Assembly (NCBI RefSeq): GCF_018350175.1
Contig: NC_058386.1
Coordinates: 89,838,001 to 89,902,000, forward strand
Source: Felis catus
Lineage: Eukaryota
Direction: 5' to 3'
Length of the DNA stretch: 64,000 nt
Part shown: positions 51,260 through 64,000 of the stretch, piece by piece
How the letters are laid out: every line of letters starts with the position of its first letter
How positions within the stretch are numbered: position 1 is the first letter of the stretch
Position numbers and translations under genes: made by a program
Notes under the pieces: generated by a model
The model's input: the letters and a program-made list of their open reading frames with translations, nothing else
What the model was told of the DNA's origin: nothing
Database searches by the model: none

Positions 51260-51623
51260 GGAGGGGCAGAGAGAGGAGAGAGAATCCCAAGCAGGCTCTG
51301 CACTCAGCGCAGAGCCCGATGCGGGGCTCAAACTCATGAACGGTGAGATTGTGATTTGAGCCGAAACCGAGATTTTTGGATATTCAACTGACTGAGCCAC
51401 CCAGGCTCCCCTTTTTATTTATTTTTAGTTTTTTAAACCTTATTTATTTATTTTGAGAGACAGGGGAGGAGCAGAGAGAGAGGGAGTGAGAGAGAACCCC
51501 AAGCAGGCTCCGTGCTCTCAGCGCAGAGCCTGATGCCTGGCTGGAACTCACGAACCCTGAGATCATGACCTGAGCAGAAGTCAAGAGTCGAATGCTTAAC
51601 CGCCTGAGCCACCCAGGTACCCC
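51212..51623 (-). mobile_element. Tandem pair of CAN-SINEs
   Basis: TSD agtcacattctg around the pair. Confidence 0.95.
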
Positions 51624-54619
51624 AACCCTGAGTCACATTCTGAAGGACTCTCTGAGCTCCAGCAACTGGGTGGGTATATGCGGCGAAACAGCGGCTTCCT
51701 TCTACGCATTCACAGAGAGTGGCTTGTTCTGACAGTATTCGTTTCCCAGCGTTTCCAACATTATGTATGACATGGTAAGAGACAGGGCCGTTAAGTATTT
51801 AACCCGCTCCTGTTAGGAGTCATCGCTTCCTCTTCCAGATCTGCGAGGTAGGCTTCCCGTACTATAGCTCATCTCCTCCTTACCACCAAGCTGCGAGGCG
51901 GGTACCGTCATTATCTCAGTTTCACTAGCGAGGAGACGGGGACTCAGGGAGCAGAATGCAAGGTCACACAATGGACACGCGGGCAGCTGGGATTCAAACC
52001 CAGTCTCATCTAGTCCACCTGCACTGTACTTCCTCCACGTAGCATAGTTTGGGCCCCGCATAGCCCTTAAGAACGGAATTAATCCTTAGAGAGATTATCC
52101 TGCTCCACATTTTGCTGACAGCTACTGTTACTACTGCTATATTTTACTACTGGTACTGCGGCTGCTATTATTATTGTTAATACTATCCTGATTTGTTTAG
52201 CCCTGCATGTTCCCCAGTACCGGTAGGTGCTTTGTATCCAGCCGGCAGCTGCAGAGTTCAAACCTAGGCCTGTATGCGTCTGATGTACCTGTGTCACTTT
52301 TCTGTACAGCATGCAATGCAACACAGCAAATGTAAGACGTTCACGATTCGGGTAGGTTATCGACTGTGGCTCCGCTCCCAACATTCACCCAATGTTTACC
52401 GAGCACGTACGAGACGAACAATCTATAGCTCCTGCCTTTGAGTTGCTTGTAAGACTTTCCAGGGAGACAGATAGGGAAAGCATAAATTTGAACATCTTGA
52501 ATTTACCTGATGTAAAAAACAAGCATGACCTGTAGTTCATCTATCAGAGTTTGTCTAAACTGGGGTCCGTAAAGGGTTTGAAAGGAGCAGGCCTAGTTTA
52601 GTAGTGAGAATAAGGTGCGAAAAGGCTTGCCACCAGCACAGTAAACTTCCCCTTTCCTGTGGCTGGGGCTCAGAGACATCAGGTAGTGGGCCCCAGGTCA
52701 CACAGCTCTTCGGTGGCCAGTTGTTTTTACCGCCAGAATCCTCTCATAGCCGCTAAGTTGTATGGCCTCCCTTACCTTCTGACTGAACTCCAAGTCAAGT
52801 GTTCTCTCCCGGGTTGCCTTAAAATTGAAATTAAAATCAAGGACAATCCTGTTCAACTGAGCCAAGGGATAAACATTAGAAATAGCAATTAGCAGGTAGA
52901 AATGTTGCCAGGAAGCGCTATACAAAAGCGCAGAAAGACATCCAAGGAAGTTAACAATGACGGGCGGGTGCGGCAAGGGTTGCATGTTGATGGTTAACTG
53001 GATCGCTGCCAGCCCTTACTACCTTCCTCCGCCTTCACGTGCCCGCTCCACAATTTCTCCGGCTTCTCTAGAGAGCATAGCCCACCTAGAGGCAGCCCAG
53101 GCCCTGCCACAGGAGGGCACCGGGCCAGGAACGGCGGGCCTAGAGCAGTAGAGCTCTGGGCTGGGAACCATAAATAACCAGTTTAATGAAAAGCAGCTTT
53201 GGCCAACAGCCTTGCCACCTCTTGAGCGATTCCGTGCCTCTTATATGGACCCTGTTCCTTGGGAAAGGCCTAGCCTCGTATCTCCAACATGATGATCATC
53301 ATAGCTGCCCTTCCGTGAGCACTGACTGTGGGCTGGGCCCTGTGCTGAACACCTACATACACTCACTCAGTTGCCCCTCACACAGCCGGAGGAGAGCAAG
53401 TGCCATTGTTTCCCCCACGTTACACAGGAGGCATCAGCCTCCAAGAGGCTAAGTAACGTGCCCGAGTTCATACAGCTGGTTGGAACTGGAATTTGAAGCC
53501 TGGAGCATCTGGTTCCCAGGCCAGAGCTCTTAATTCCTGTATTTAATGAATGTCTGTTGAAGGAATAAACAGATGAATGAATGGACAAATGTATTAATTC
53601 ATTTCACTTTACTTTAACAAACATGTATTGAGTGCTCTGTGTGTGTCAGCCCCTGTGCTAGGCATTGAGGATTCAAATGTTAAACATTTAAACACAGGCA
53701 CACCCCCTACGTGGTTGCTGCCTCTGAGCTCACAAAAGCACTCTCTAATGTGGCAGGATTTCTTCTGGGGGAAAGTGATTTGAGTTTTTGGAACAGCAGT
53801 GTTTTAATGACGCTATTAAATTTAACCCAAAGCGGGGCTTATGCACCGGTGAGCCAAGAGTTTCAAATGAGAGCGTGTCTTTGATTAATCATGGATTCAG
53901 CCAGAGAATGGTTACATCCAGAAACGGAGCTGCAACTCCTATCACATCAGCTAGCTGTTTTTCCATCTATCATGTCTGTCTCCTGTCGAACCCTCCCACG
54001 GTACAAAAGTTATCTGTACTGTAATGGACAATTATCCCATCTATCATCCTGCTGGTCCTGCTGATTGCTGGCAGTCTACTTGCCCACGGAGGATACTTAC
54101 AAGTAGTCACGACTGATGCTGTGCTGGGAAATTGCTCATTTTTACACATTTGAAAACCACGCAGAATGAGTGTCTTTGCAGGTTCCTTTTTTTAGCTGCA
54201 TTTGTTTTCCTGGTTATATAAGAGCAGGTTATGAATTCTTTACGTGCGTGTTTCACACGGCCTCAGAATATTTCAAAAACCCTCTAGGCAGCAGCCGTGC
54301 AAAGGTTAAAGTGACAAATAAGTGAAATAAACACACCTGGGGCTCAGGTGGCTGGTCATCATGGCAGGATGATCCCCATCTTCGTTTTCCTTTCCAGGTG
54401 TTTTGAAGAGAATCCCAGGCTGATTAGGGTCAAGGTGAGGACTCATGGTACTGAAAGAAGGGGTGAAGTGGACAGTGAGCGATGCCCTGTTGAATTCCCC
54501 GACGCTCTGCCTATGAGATTTGAGGCCAGGAATGCTTCCCTACCCCCTTCCCACCCCAAGGCCGGTAACACATCTAACATTTGATCACGGCAAGCAACGT
54601 GGCCAGTACAATTGGAGTC

Positions 54620-55840
54620 ACCAGTTGCCCCGGGCAAAAACCCAAGAGTTGTCCTTCCCACATCCTTATTCACCTTTATCCCCAGCCAGTCACTAAGCTC
54701 CTGCTAAGTCTTCTTCCTAAGCATTCCTCAGATTTGACCCTTTTTCTCCATCCCTCCTGCCACTGCTTTGGTTTAGGACCCCGTCACTGTCTTCTCTTGC
54801 CTTGGTTCCTTCGACAGCTTCCTGTGTTTCATGTCTCATCTCTCCTTCTGTGACCATTCTCCCGAAAGTGGTCTGAGTGAGCTTTCTAAGATGCAAATCA
54901 GATCATTTGACTCACACACGCACACACACACACACACACACCCTTAATGTAAGCGGCTTCACAGTAGAAACCAGAGGCTCTCTGGGGCCAGTGGCAACAG
55001 AATTCCTGAGAACTCGTTAGAGTAGGTACTTATTGGAGACCTATTGAGTCAGAAACTCTGGGGGTACTCCCCCAGCTTGTGTTTCACAAGCCTTGCAGGT
55101 GATTCTGATGATTGCTCAAATTTGAGAACTCCCACCCTACCGTCATGGTTTCGAATAAACTGGAGGAGCTTTTAAAGATTACAATGCCTCTCCCACAGAC
55201 TAATTAAGTCTGAGTCCCTGGGGGTGGGATCTAGTCATCAGAGTTTTTTTGAAGTTCTCCAGGTGATTCCAATGTGCACTCAAGGCTGAGAACTACTGCT
55301 CTATAGGATGAAGTCCCAACTCCTTAGCCTGGCATTTATAACCTATCTTCTTGGTCACATCTTTCCGTGCTCCTATGGAAGAAGCTCACACTGCGATTGA
55401 CTCATAGGGAATCATTTACAACTCTCTGAGACCACAGATAGTCTCTTAACCTCTGTGCATTGGCAACATCTCTCCCACCAGCTGGTCCTCCCCTCTTTCC
55501 TGCTCCTCACCTAATGAACATCTTCTCATTGACCCCGCGTAGCTCAGAAGATGCCTCTGTGGAAGAGACTTCCCTGACCTTTCCCACAGCACCTATAGCG
55601 TAGCACTTCACCACATCGTCTTGTTATGCTCTACGTGGTTGTCTGCCTCTGCACCCTAAACCTGATCTGATCCTAGCCCTCAGTGCGTGGGGCTGTCGTG
55701 GTCTGTTTACTCCACTGCCTCCATCGCCGTGAGCAGCTCGAGGTCGGGGGTGGAGTCTTGGGCATTCCTGAATCTCAGCCCTTAACACAACGCCCAGCAT
55801 GTGTCTGGCGCTCAGTGAACATCTGTAGAATGGACAACTA
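54620..55840. mobile_element. L2 interrupted by MER5-type elements (about 54950-55300) and (CA)n
   Basis: caggtgattctgatg..tttgagaac; ccaggtgattccaatgtgca..gctgagaactactgctcta. Confidence 0.7.
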
Positions 55841-56142
55841 AATAAAGTGAAGGCTCCTTTCTTCTCCATGTCTTCTGCCACCATTCCTGTCCGGGTCCCC
55901 CATTGCTTTATTGCAAGAGTCTCCTGATTAACCCCCACCTCTCCTTTCTCTGGTCTGTCTCTACCTCATCCACCGTGTGGTTTTCTAAAACTCCAGGCAC
56001 TATTACTTGTCCGGTAGTCAAACACGTTCAGTGATTCCACATCGTCCGCAGAGCAAATGGCAAAGTAGCATTCAAGGTCCTTCCCAAGAGTGCCCCTGCT
56101 TTTCCGGCTATACTGTACCCCCCCTCCCCGCTCCCCTATATA

Positions 56143-56300
56143 GGACTAGCTACAACAATTGTGGGCCCTGGTGCAAAGTGGAGCCCTGTGTTCAAAAGTT
56201 ATTAAGACTTTCAAGACAGTGACAGCCGAGCATTAAACCAAGCACGGGGCCCTTGTGAGTGCCAGGTCCTGTGTGACTGCACAGACCTGTCCCTGCATGT
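56143..56300. mobile_element. MER45A-like hAT-Tip100 MITE
   Basis: ttattaagactttcaagacagtgacagccgagcattaaaccaagcacggggccctt. Confidence 0.7.
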
Positions 56301-59300
56301 ATCTGGCATGCTGGCCAGATGAACTCAGTGTTCCCTGAACGGCTCCGTAGGGTCATTTTCTCCGAGATGTTGGTCGGGCTGTGCCTAGTCGCCTCTACCC
56401 CGCTCACCGGTCCAAGCCTCCTCTTCCCCATAGATCCATTTCTTCTCTGTCCTCCGAGGATCTATCCCAGCCTTACCTCCTATCATGCCAGACCGTAGTA
56501 CTTTCCACCACACAGACTGATATCAATGGTTATTTTTATAGGTGCATGTTGTGTTCGTCTTCGTAGTTCGTACGGACCCAGCACAGTGCTTCATACCCAT
56601 TCTTTGATTGACTTAGGGGTAAACAAAATGCCTGAGCCCCGGTAACCGAGTTTGCTGAAAGGATACGAGACTCTGAGGACCTGACTTGAATCCCTCATTA
56701 CTAGCTGTGTGACACTGAAGGAGTCACTTTCTTCTGTGAGCCCTAGCCTTGCCCTCTATAAAAAAAATGATACTTTTTCTAACTATTTTCTGCCGGTATC
56801 TTGTTATTTGCTAATATTTTCAAAGTCTTCTGACTTTTTAAAAAAAATATGTCTAAAAGTTAAAGAAAAAGTTCTATCACAAAATCACCACATCTGAATC
56901 TGTGAGGATCTCATACTGGTTTTGTCGTTTCTGGCTTCATTGTGCGCTTTGTAATTTTGGATTATGAGTTCATGTTCAGCCGCACTTTATCCGTGGTAAT
57001 CCGATGAGAACTGATGGAGGGTGTGTTCCTTTAGGGAGAATTTGCATTGGCTTCTTCCAGGTGCTTCAGGGCACCATTTAGTCCCAAAGGCGGGAGCCAT
57101 GTGTCATTTGTCCATATGAACAGGGCTTAGCGCAGGGACTTGTGGATGCTCAACATGGACTTGTTGATTGAATGGGTGAATGAATAGGCATCAACGGGCT
57201 TCCTTGGGAAGCCCCATGAGAGTCGTACCCTCTGGTGGTAACAAAGCGCGGTAGGTATATCAGGAAAATAATAATCGCTGACATCTTATTGTTCTTCCTA
57301 TGCACCAGGGATGATTCTAAGTGTGGCGTGTTTACTGACTCATTTAATTCTGTCTACAACTCCATGGATAGGTACTATTATTGTCATTCTACAGAGGAGG
57401 CAGCAGGCTCAGGCGGGCTGAGTAAGTTGGCTGAGGTCACGTAGCTAGGGAACGGTGGAGCTTGCATACGAACCCAGGCACCCTGGATATCCCATCTCCC
57501 AACACCCTATGGTGGAGAAGACAGCGACAGTAGTGACAGTGGCAGTAGAGTGGAAAAGTTAAGTGCTGCCAAAGGCACTGCAAGAGCCACACGTGCTTGG
57601 GACTTGGCATATGGTCTAGTATTGTCAGTTAACCCTTGTATGTAGTCTTCTTTCCCCCAGCTAGCGTAGGAGCCGTTTTGAAGGCAGAAACCATGGGTCA
57701 CAGCTCTTGGAAATGCTTACTATGTATTTGCTCAATGAACAAATGAATGTTTGGAAATTAAACCTGAGTGTTTTCTATACATCACTTCACATCTTGTATG
57801 TGAGACTGAAATTGGCGATGAAGCTTTCGCTTTGCTTTATAACCTGAAAACGCCTAGATGTGGCCATAACACAGTGGTATAATCACACCTTGCGTTTGTC
57901 CTGGTGTATGGTAGTTGGGACCCCCGGGCATGAAGGAAGAAATTTGGATTCTGCCTTCATAGGCCCCGAGGCTGTTAGGAACCAAAGGCCACTGTGTTTG
58001 TAACCCATTCCTTTGGCTGCTGTCCAAATGGAGGAGGGCCTAAAGGAAAGGGGGGCTTTATTTGCTCTTATCCTTGCCAAGGTGAGGAAAGAATTCAAGT
58101 GTGGACTCTCAGCAAACATGCTAGGCCTTCCCTGCAGCACTGCTCTGATGGAACGAAATCCCCAGTTTCCACCAATCTCGGTTCAATATCTACCTGGAGG
58201 GGGCAGGGTGATGGTGGTGGTGGTTATGGTGAGCTAGGGACAGGGTTCCAGAGTGAAGCGGAATGGAGTTGGGGCGTGAGGGGAGGGCTGTGGGCACGTG
58301 TGTGTGTATGTGTGTGGACTGGATGAGCGATGGCCTGGGTGAGGAGGCGGGGGGCTGGTAACCATGATCGCAATGCAATGAGAGTGAGGTCGGGAAGGGG
58401 GATTTGAAGAAGGAACTCTGTAGCATACGCTGGTTCCTTTTCAAGGACTTCTCTTTGCTGGAACAACTTGTCTCATTTCAATCTTAGGAGCCCAGATTGG
58501 GCTGCTGGCCAACCAAGTTCCCAATTTTGCTTTCCCTATATGGGTGGGGGGTGACTATTATAAGGGTGAAGGGAAGGACTTTGATATCCGGGCGTGAAGA
58601 CAGGCACTGCGATCGGGAGTCTGCCCCATAAGTGCTGGTCTGGTCATTGTCCCTAGCCTGCCAGGGGGGGGCATACAGCAAGTCCTTCCCTCCCCCGCCC
58701 CCCCTCAGCAGACCAAGACTCACTGCTAGAAACCCCCCTGGGATGTCATTGCTCACAAATTTTGTGTGGGTCATGTTGGGTTTGAGGAGTATGAGGGACA
58801 TTCAGGCAGCTGGCGAGGGCTGGGCTGGAAAGAGAGATATGAAGATGAGGAGCATATAGGGGAGAGTTGAAACTGCCCAAGGGGAGTATATAGAAATAAA
58901 AGCAGAGGAAAGGGCTTGCAGGGTTATTATGGTCTGTGAGGTAGGAACAGGGCTTGGGAGGAGTATGGGTTTGAGGAGGGTTCATGTATTCATCCATCCA
59001 TCCATTCAACATTTGTTGAGCTTTCTGCCAGATACAGTGTTGGAAGAGGAAGTTGTGGATTTAAGAGGGAGAAGGGTTAAGAGGGGATCCCTGGGTGGAT
59101 TCAGATGAAGGGGAAGGGAGGAGCTGAGGGCTTGGGCTCTCTCTTGCCAGGAGAACACATCTGTTAACACAAAGCTGCATCTGTATCCCGGCCAGCTCCC
59201 CCCCCTTCACCCCCTCCTTCTTCCCCACCCCCACAAGACGGGGAGCCACATGGTGGCTTCCTACACCCCTTTACCCCCCATGTTCTTTCTAGGCAGTTAA

Positions 59301-60609
59301 CTGTGGCGCCAGCGACACCCCTTCTCAGAGCTCAGGCAATCCCCACGGGCGGGTGGGGGGGTCGGTTGAGAGTTTTGAGAAAAAGAGCTGGAGAAAGAGC
59401 TGTCTGTCTGTAATTAGCCTCAGCTGCTGTTGTGCGGCAGCATTGGGGGCCGTCAGGAGTGTGAATGCATGCGTATGAACCTACGTGCGTGGCACCTCAT
59501 TGCTATCACTCTATTTTTCAACGTATTGTGCGCTGGCTTCAGCTTCTCTGCTCTGCAATCTCTCCTGTCCCTGAGGATCCCAAAGGACAGAGTGTTCCAC
59601 AGGCAGCACCAGCTTGAATCACTAATGCTGCTAAGCAGGAAGACAACAAATATAGGCCCCCATATGTCCTGGATACACAAGCCCCTGCTCTCTCCCTCCA
59701 CCCCCACTTCCTGAGTGTTTCCTACTGAGCGAAGCCCCGGCACTTGAAATTAGCAACCCCTCGCTTCTGCACAGCCTTTTGGCAAGGAGCTTTCCCAGCT
59801 GTCATGCCATGCGTCCTCCGACAGCCCCGAGGGGCGGCATTGTACAGGTGAGGACCCCGAGGCACAGGCCAGCGTAGAGGTTTGCACAGGGCCACTGGGC
59901 TCGTTGGTGGCCGAGCTGCGTCTGGAATGCAGGTGCTCAGCCTCTGAGCCAGGTACCCCGTCCTCAGCAGGGCATTGCCAGGACGGCTGCTACTCCTTGG
60001 CTCCAGCTGCTGCTCTCTGTGCTCATGAGAACCGGTCACCCATGGCTCCGAGACCTGCTTTAGCAATCGCTGAAAAAACTAGGACCTCCTAAGCCGAGCC
60101 CAGCCTAAGAGCTTATTTAGAGCCTGCCACGGGTCCACTATGATGCCAGCCCTCACAGGGACCTCAAAAGGGGTATAGCATAGCCCCTCTCCTCAAGGAA
60201 ATGACAAGTTCTGTATTCACCTCGCTCCTACCCCAGCCCTGGCAGGGGAGGAGGGGTGACGGGTAGCCAGGGCTAATGATGAAAGATGGGAAGAAAGGGG
60301 AAAAAAGGAAAGACTAGAATTTCCGCTAAGTGTCAGGCGCAGGTGGAGTACATAAGTTATGATACCTATCATCTATATGATGTTTGTAACATATATGTAT
60401 ACATGCACACACACCAGATTTAATCAATTTCCGTGGATTAACTCGTCTGTTCCGCTGAATCATCCATGCAGAGTTTCGGACAGTATCTAGTACCTTCATT
60501 ATCATTATCTGAGCAAATATTAGATACATGATCTCCTTTAATCCTTCTAACTCCAGGAAGTAGCGACTGTTATTTTCATCTGCAACTTACAAACGAGGAA
60601 ACTAACAGC

Positions 60610-61500
60610 TTATCGTATCCACATCTGGGGAATACTGAGAACACAAAAAAGAATCCAGTGTGGTCCCAGGCAGCCTTTGGGGATCTTTCCATACAGCAGG
60701 GGGGACTAAGACACACAGTACTCATAGTTCAATGGGTGTTGTATTTGAGAAACGTATCATGGGGGCACTGATGGTGAATGACCTGGTATCCGGGCAAGTT
60801 AGGAAGGCATCACAGATGAAGGACGTTGGAGCTGGATCCAGAGGGATGGAGGTTTTTCCAGGAGGAGCAGTAGAGGGGGAGGAAAAACATTCCAGGCAGA
60901 GGGAACAACAGGATTCATGTGAAAGTTCATGCTCTGGAGGGTGGGGTAATTGCTGTGGGTGCGTAGTTGGCAGCAGTGGAAGGGGAATGGAAACAGTGGT
61001 TGGGATCGGCTTATCCCAGGCATTGTTGGCCAAGCTGAGAGGTTTGCGCTTTGTTCTGTGAGCAACAGGGAGCCATGGAAGGTTTGTGTTGAGGCACAGG
61101 GATGACAGACCGGGAAGACAACTCTTCCTGGGCACCAGGGTATGGAAGGGAGAGAGGCCAAAGTCAGGTAGACCCATTGAGGGGCCATCTCAAGGGTCCT
61201 GGCAAGAAGTGCCAAGTGCTCTGGACCAGGACTGTGCTTGTGAGAGCAGAGAAGAGGGGCCACTCCAGGGCCGCGTCAGTAGGTAGAAACCACAGGGCTG
61301 GGTGTCGTGGAAGGCCAAGGAGACGGAAAATGATGATGACCCTGAGGTTCCAGCTTGGGTCTGTTTGGTGATATTGTTAACCAAGACGGGGACACAGATT
61401 ATTTTTAGTAGTTGGCAGAATGATGAGTGGATGCAGGTGACAAGTTCAGCGTGGACACGGATGCCGATAAGGACTTGCCAATGGATGTGTCCAGCGGGAA
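60610..61500 (-). mobile_element. L2 fragment
   Basis: cattccaggcagagggaaca; gggagccatggaaggttt. Confidence 0.7.
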
Positions 61501-62450
61501 ACAGGGTGGGAGGTGGAGGCAGAGACGCCACCCGGATCCGGGGGGTATTAGTTGACCCCACAGGACCAGATGGGGGTCTCTTCTCCCATTTACCCCTCCA
61601 GGGAGAGGACTAGGGACAGAGCCAGGTGAACCCCAGGACGTAAGGTGGTGGTGGGGGGGACACCAGCCCAGGGGTGAGAAGTTGCCTTTTTTCCAGCTCC
61701 TCCCAGGAACCTCGTCCCTTCCCCTCAGGAGCAGGGGCCACTTTGCAGGGGAAAGACAGGTGCTCCGTGTGCAGAGCTCAAGTCCACACGGGGGCTGCGA
61801 GCCAAGGAAAGGACAGCCACTTCAGCTTTTGAATTCTTGGTGGGAGGACTGTGTTCTAATGAAATGCAGTAAATCGACAACCGGGCATTTGGGACCAAAT
61901 GGACAAACACCACAACTATACAATGACTGCTGGAGCGTTCAGTGCCTTCAGTGCTAAGGAGCCGGGAGTACATTCACGAGGCATTTCTAAAGATCCAGTC
62001 GGCGCGAACCACAGCCGGTCTCCTAGGAGTCCTAAAACTTTAATTAGACCAGGCAGGCCCCATAACCAAATCCCATAATCCCATAAATCTACAACAACAA
62101 GTTAGGCATGAGGGTTTTAGTCACACTCTGAATTTGTAAGAGACCCCAAACTGCCGTGTCCTTTCTGAGCCTCTGAATGACCCCTGACCAACTCTTTCCC
62201 CACAGAACCGTGTCTCCAGAATGGCCTTGGTCTCCCCTGAATCCCTGACGACATCTATGGATTTCTCTGTTAAGTCCCAGGGATCACCCTAATAATGGTC
62301 CTAGACACTTTACACGCATGAACTCATTTATTCTTCATGAATATTATAGACCCTCTTTATACATATATATAATATTTATAGTAGCAACAATAATGGATGT
62401 TTTCTGAGTGCTTAATGGAGGCCAGGCATGGTTCTAAACATGTTATATGA

Positions 62451-62494
62451 AATAACTCATATAACCACATATAATAACTCATATAACCACATAT
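62451..62494. repeat. Perfect 22-bp tandem duplication inside a MIR
   Basis: AATAACTCATATAACCACATAT x2. Confidence 0.9.
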
Positions 62495-64000
62495 AATGCC
62501 ACATGAACAACACTATGAGGTAGGTGTAATTACCGTCGATAGCCCCAACTAGCTCGAAATGCCTCTAGATAAAGGCTGTCTGTCCACTTGGCACCTCGGG
62601 CCGATGTAGGCCTCCAGTCCAGATAGGTGAAATGGCTCAGGGTCTTTGTGAGGCAGCCTAGGAGCTGCCGCCTGGAGAAGAGAAGGTTAGGACTCAGAAG
62701 GCATTTACTGAGCTCCTGGAGAGAGTCAGTTATGTAGGCTGGGGCTAGTTATAGGAGCCTGAGTCATGTGACCTGCCTCCTGTCTCCTGCCTCTTTTCAC
62801 AAGATGCAGTGCACGCTTTCTTAAGGCGTGGCCCACGGAGGGCTTGTAAACCTGTAGATTCCAGAGATGAACCCTAAAGCCAGAGACCCTATCTCTATGG
62901 AGATAGTAGCTTAATCTTTGAGAGGATGGATGCCTGTCTTCTGATCCTAGGGGTACCATAGGCATGCGGGGTGGGGGGGGTGAGGTGGGTACTTCCTCCC
63001 TTCTCCCCCCCCCCCCCCCCCGCTCAGGTGAGTGGAAAATCAGGGAGGGCCAGAATGCAGAGAGCACGCTGAGGGCATGCCAGCCCAGAAAGCAGATCTT
63101 GTGCCACCACACCCCTAGAGACAGAGTGAAGTCTGTATCCCCCGGGAGAGGATGGGGAGGGAGAAGAGCGAGGAAGTGAAGGAAAGCCTCTAGAAGCTGC
63201 GGCACCCTGGGGCCCAGACTAGGGAGTGTCCTGAGGGAGGGAGGGAGACAAGGGTGGTGTCAGAGGAGCAGAGCAACTGTGGGGTCGGGGAGCCACGGTG
63301 GAAGTGGCCTTAGCTAGGTGTCCATCCATGCTAGCACTGCAGCGTGCTTTCCAGAAACCAGACGCAAAGTGTTCGGTGGGACTCTTTCCCTTCTGTTAGT
63401 GCTTTGGGACTGGCACCCTCCTGGACCCTGCCCCCCCCCCCCAAATGAGTCTACGTTGCCACTAGGGAAGGGGCTGTGGTTGGGGAAAGCCCAGGAAAGG
63501 ATTTCATGAATCCTTAGCGGGGACTCCGCCCGTTCAGTTAGCTGGGGGATGGAGTGGAGGCAGGGCTGGCGGGAGGAAAGGCTTAGGAACACCCGTATGT
63601 AGTGAGGCTCAGCGGAGAGGGTGTGAGAGCTACTTTAAGGACACGGCGAGCTTCGGAAGGACTTAGTGGTGTTAGAGCTGCACCGACCAGGACCATCTGC
63701 TGCTGTAACCCACCCTCTGATGACGATGCATGCAGCAGAGAACCGGGCATCTTAGTCGCTGTTGGCTTTTTGTTAAGCACTTACATTGTACCGGGGGCTC
63801 TGCTGGGCTCTATGGCCATCACCTCATTTCACCTCTACAGTACCGTCTGCAAGATCCTACCCTTAGTGTACCCATTTTACGGATGAGTCTCAGATAGGTA
63901 ACACGACTTGCCCAAGGCTACAGGGCTAGCGAGTGGCACAGCCAGGCTTCGGAGTAGTCTTAATCCAAAACCCTCTCCGTTAGGCCCTAGGAAGGATGTG

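Noticed and set aside
75-51636. Many ORFs with AQVMISRFVSSSP.. or ERERER.. peptides
   Set aside because: They are translations of CAN-SINE bodies and their (CT)n tracts.
60660-63205. Longest ORFs in this part (133-159 aa)
   Set aside because: They lie in an L2 or GC-rich low-complexity DNA, overlap on both strands and show no recognisable domain.
1-64000. CRISPR arrays, operons or other prokaryotic systems
   Set aside because: The sequence is mammalian. Recurrent motifs are dispersed SINEs and microsatellites, not repeat-spacer arrays.

Overview
Mammalian genomic DNA from a cat-family (Felidae) assembly, judged from about 30 feliform CAN-SINEs, a carnivore-type L1, dense ancient MIR/L2/DNA-transposon fragments and two N gaps. 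I see no intact protein-coding gene. Nearly all supplied ORFs are SINE-derived or chance frames. The main non-repeat signal is a decayed multi-exon gene on the minus strand (about 15.8-19.1 kb, possibly extending upstream to a promoter-like region at about 28.2 kb). Three exons read as BTB, BACK and PHR-like domains in that order. They are joined by GT-AG introns whose phases match, but they carry stops and frameshifts. Other notable items are a TSD-flanked tailless 5'-half tRNA-Gln(CTG) retrocopy, a near-consensus CTCF site at the head of an unusually long L2, a probable 5'-inverted L1, a very young SINE, a CR1/L3 relic and several repeat-free enhancer-like blocks. All family and domain calls were made by eye from remembered consensus motifs. 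Repeat boundaries are approximate and need HMM or alignment confirmation.
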